Assembly (NCBI GenBank): GCA_002269645.1
Contig: NIVC01002701.1
Span: 84,834-148,833 of the forward strand
Length of the DNA: 64,000 bases
Source of the DNA: Macrostomum lignano
Taxonomy: Eukaryota
Direction of reading: 5' to 3'
The translations under genes were made by a program, and so were the position numbers. Below are positions 60,449 to 64,000 of this stretch, one piece after another. How positions within the stretch are numbered: position 1 is the stretch's first letter; each line of letters opens with the position of its first letter. Below the pieces are notes generated by a model. That model worked only from the letters and a program-made list of their open reading frames with translations. It was not told where the DNA came from and searched no databases.

Positions 60449-61293
60449 GAGAAGGCTTTGGTGCTGTACATGGTAAATGTAAATTAAGTCTCTTGACAAT
60501 TCATACCCCATTCATGGAACTCATCAATACTAGCTATACTGCAGTGATTACTCAACTGGTCACGTGATCATCTAGCAGCCGTTTCAGTCCGATGCCAAAA
60601 AGGTGAACGAGCACGCAGTCGTACATTTTGGCGCCCACTGCGGGTTTGCGAACAACTGGACTTGAAATATACTTATCAACATGAAAAGTCGCCACTTTAT
60701 GGACTATTCAGAAATACTACGCTCTGGTTTTTGTTTGTTTCGCCCGCGCGAGTCACTGTATCAGTCCTAGCGGTCATTGGATACTGATCTAGTAGAAAGA
60801 TAAAAGCTTAAGGAACCCCGAGAACGGGTCAAAGAAGGCCAAATACGCTCGTAATAATGGCAAAAGTTTGTCCAACAGATCAACGAGCATCACGAATTAA
60901 GTTCGCCAGCGAGTTCTACTCCAGTATCGTTACTTTAGGTGTCGTCGGCGTACTCGTATTTAAATATAAAAACGTCCTTTTACTCGTCTCTGGTAAGCCG
61001 CCTGCTTCGAGTCATTTTGTCTTTCCAGGAAGCTTGTAGGCAGGCGCCGTCAGTCCCTTCTTGCCAGAGAGTCATAACGGCGTAAGAGCGGATACTATAC
61101 TTTACCCATACTTATACAGTAACCATGCAGTGTATCAGCACCAGAGTGTGTCGCAACACCTCTGGTAGCAACGCGAATTTTAAGCGTCATCACGTCGTCA
61201 GCGTCAGCGTCATAGCGCCTGTCGTATACCTGTAACAATCGGCAGAGCTTGACAGCCTAAGTGCTATAAATAGTTTGTAACGCCGCTCGTGGC

Positions 61294-61413
61294 CGCTAAA
61301 CAGGCCGCTAAACAGGCTGCTAAACAGGCCGCTAAACAGGCCGCTAAACAGGCTGCTAAACAGGCCGCTCATGAAACTGCTAAACAAGCCGCTAAACAGG
61401 CCGCTAAACAGGC
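61294..61413. repeat. 12-bp tandem repeat (AAACAGGCCGCT)n
   Basis: About 9 copies. Confidence 0.85.
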
Positions 61414-62725
61414 AACAGAAATGAGTCCACAGAAAAGTTATTTCACATCGCAACTCATAACCGCGGCATCTTTCGTGTTTAAGCATAAGCGTCTTTAAGT
61501 CAAACCTCAGACTCCAAGATTTTGCGGCGTCTTCCAGGAGAAGTTCACAAAGCTTTGGTGAAAATCTGACTGAACAATCAATTTCTTCAATTATCATTTC
61601 CAACCGGCGTCTAAAACAACATCAACACCTTATTGATAGTTTGTAAACAAAAGAAGATTATCGATGAAGATAGAATTGTTTATTTTAGAAGCAGTGTTGA
61701 TGCTGAATTGTAGATAATTTGTTAAAACAGCTTATTTTTGTCTGCTTTTGCTAAATTTGTGCTTCAAACTTTGCTCTTAAAAAATAAACACAAAAAACGC
61801 ATTTCAACATATTGGAAAATTCATTGTTACTAATTAGTAGTGACACACAACAAGAGCTTTGGCAAAAGCATTTTACAACAACAGCGCATAAAAATAATCG
61901 ATAAATGTTATGCTTTTGCTAGCAAATATTTCTGAAGCGGTACAGACAAGAGCAATTATTCTGAAACATCGAAAGATGAGAGAACAATTGCAACATAGGT
62001 AAAGCTTAACAACAATTGCAGAGGTGTCCTTCGGTGTAACGAAATCGTATTTATTATAAAGTCATTAACAATACAACAACTTTTAGAATATTAGCCGTTT
62101 TTACTTAAAAATTTGTTATATCACTTTAGTTTTTTTCTGCAAAAAATTTGACCGAACTCTGCAAAAACAAACCTGGTGGAGTATAGGTGCATGGGATTAT
62201 AGTGTGCAAAATTGAAGCTGTGTGTCAAATGGGTCAAAACATTGCTATAAATTGGTGCACGTGAAATCATGCGCTATCCGCAATTTCGGTAGGTTAAGAC
62301 TTTATGGCAGACAGATTGTGGTGCATCGAGGTACCTAGAGACACATCATCGGAGTTATTGCAGAGACCCGAGGTAGGTTGCACGAAGACACTATGGAGTA
62401 GAGAAACCTAAATAGACATTAGAATTAGTGCATTTGGTAGATACTTTAGGGTACTTTCTAGGCAGGAGAAAGCTGCTGGTCTCTGGAACACCTCGGAGTA
62501 TGTCGCTACTTTAAGCCCAAACTGTTTGAACATACGGACATTTGAACATCCCTAGAAGCCAAGTTGAATTTGCTATAATGTAGCAAAATTCAATGAATTT
62601 CAGAAACAAATCATTCGTGCTGCGCTTAATAAATCAATCTCCGAGTTTGCACCGCCGCTATGGAACACAATCACGAAGTGTATCCATCCATCTTTCGAAG
62701 CCTTGTTCGTTCATTTGCGATCGTT

Positions 62726-63000
62726 TCACACCCGCCAATCAGAACTCCTCGTTAGCCTCGGCCGTCTTCCGGTCAGGCGCCCGATCTTCCTTGAGCTTCC
62801 GGCTGTAAGCAGGAACAGACAGGCGGCCAAACCGCTCACCACAGCCGAGGCGATGACGAACGCCAGGCTGTAGCCGAACGACCAGGACAGCACACGGACC
62901 AGCACCCTCGCCCTTGGGGCTTGGTCGGGGCCTCTGGCATCGGAAACGGCGGCCGCTGTAGTTTGGCATCGGGCTGGCACCGATGCTCGTCATTAGTTCC
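62726..63000 (-). other. GC-rich coding-like fragment with one hydrophobic helix (claudin/PMP22-like TM4?)
   Basis: WSFGYSLAFVIASAVVSGLAACLFLL; no clean start or splice context and frames are ambiguous. Confidence 0.25.
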
Positions 63001-63159
63001 CGAGGAAATTTGATCAACTTCCTGTCGGCCTGCTCGCGCTCGAAGGATCCGGCTGTAGACGTCGATGCAGACGATTTGCAGGCCACTGCAATGGTGCAGA
63101 GTTGGGTTACGTTGTGTCCTGGTTGCAGTGGCCTTTGCTAAACAAAGGTTTTTTGTGTG

Positions 63160-63625
63160 TTATGTTTCAGGTCGCTTGATTTGCGGTTGTGTTCTGTTGC
63201 AGTTCTGTTTGGTTTGGGTTGTGTTTTGTTGCAGTTCTGTTTGGTTTGCGGTTTGTTTTGTTGCAGTTCTGTTTGGTTTGCGGTTTGTGTTTTGTTGCAG
63301 TTCTGTTTGGTTTGCGGTTGTGTTTTGTTGCAGTTCTGTTTTGGTTTGCGGTTTGTGTTTGTTGCAGTTCAGTAGAAGGCATGAGGGGGCTTCTGGGACA
63401 AAATTTTTCACGTCTCCATAATCCACCTAAATCCATCCATATTATCCCTGACAGAATCAGAAAAAGGGGGTCGCACTTGCTCCAAAAACTTCGAACGTAA
63501 TCCCATTAAACCCATCCATATTATCCCTGACAGAATCAGAAAAAAGGGGGGGGGTCGTACTCGCTCACAAAACGTCCTCCATAATCCCATTAAATCCATC
63601 CGTATTATTCCCGACAGAATCAGAG
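63160..63625. repeat. ~30-bp (GTTTTGTTGCAGTTCTGTTTGGTTTGCG) array followed by three ~85-90-bp CCATATTATCCCTGACAGAATCAG repeats
   Basis: Directly visible. Confidence 0.8.
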
Positions 63626-64000
63626 CATAACAGGTCCTACTGTTATGCTCTGAGGGTTTATGCTCTGAGCATAACAGCTCTAAAATCCACCCATAGCATC
63701 TTCGAAACAATCAGAAAAAATCTGCATTCTTCTCCCCACATTCAACTCACAACGCGAAGCGCTTGAAACCAGATCCCTAAAACTTTAAATCCCCTAACCC
63801 AGGTCCTTACCCTTTGAAAAAAAATAATAAATTCTCAATAAAAAAATGTTTCCAGTTGTCTCTCCAGGTTCTTATTACAAAGCGCACGAGCCTAATTACA
63901 AGAGTAAGTACCAATGCAAACTCACAGACAAGTCACTGGTTGGAACAGCATCTAAATCAATTATCATTTTTTCACCTGTCCTATGAAAAGTAGATTTGTC

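Overview
Eukaryotic (metazoan) genomic DNA rich in transposons and minisatellites. GC-rich exons, large mini-satellite-filled introns and a DEG/ENaC gene suggest a flatworm such as Macrostomum (inference only). Host genes: an N-acylation-type globin (-; exons 1-2 visible), a 1283-aa low-complexity orphan ORF (+), the 3' exons of an unknown gene (-), a 2-exon ~253-aa orphan gene (+), a 4-EF-hand calmodulin-like gene (-) and a DEG/ENaC channel (-). Mobile elements: a Ty3/Gypsy LTR element running off the left edge, an intron-containing THAP/P-superfamily transposon (TIRs, 8-bp TSD), a Tc1 deletion derivative, a CORE-type SINE, a Mag-like LTR element inside the ENaC intron, a LOA-like LINE (APE-RT-RNase H), a chimeric RT-less Gypsy relic and a 358-bp fold-back MITE. 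Two observations stand out. (1) The Gypsy leader carries three tandem, complete tRNA-Leu primer-binding sites, each preceded by its own ACTTCA LTR-end-like motif, which would give alternative priming sites and LTR ends. (2) A 4.7-kb 49-bp satellite in the ENaC intron has a unit resembling the adjacent splice acceptor plus exon start. No rRNA, intact tRNA gene or CRISPR array was seen. Many ORFs carry isolated 1-nt indels, which may be assembly errors.
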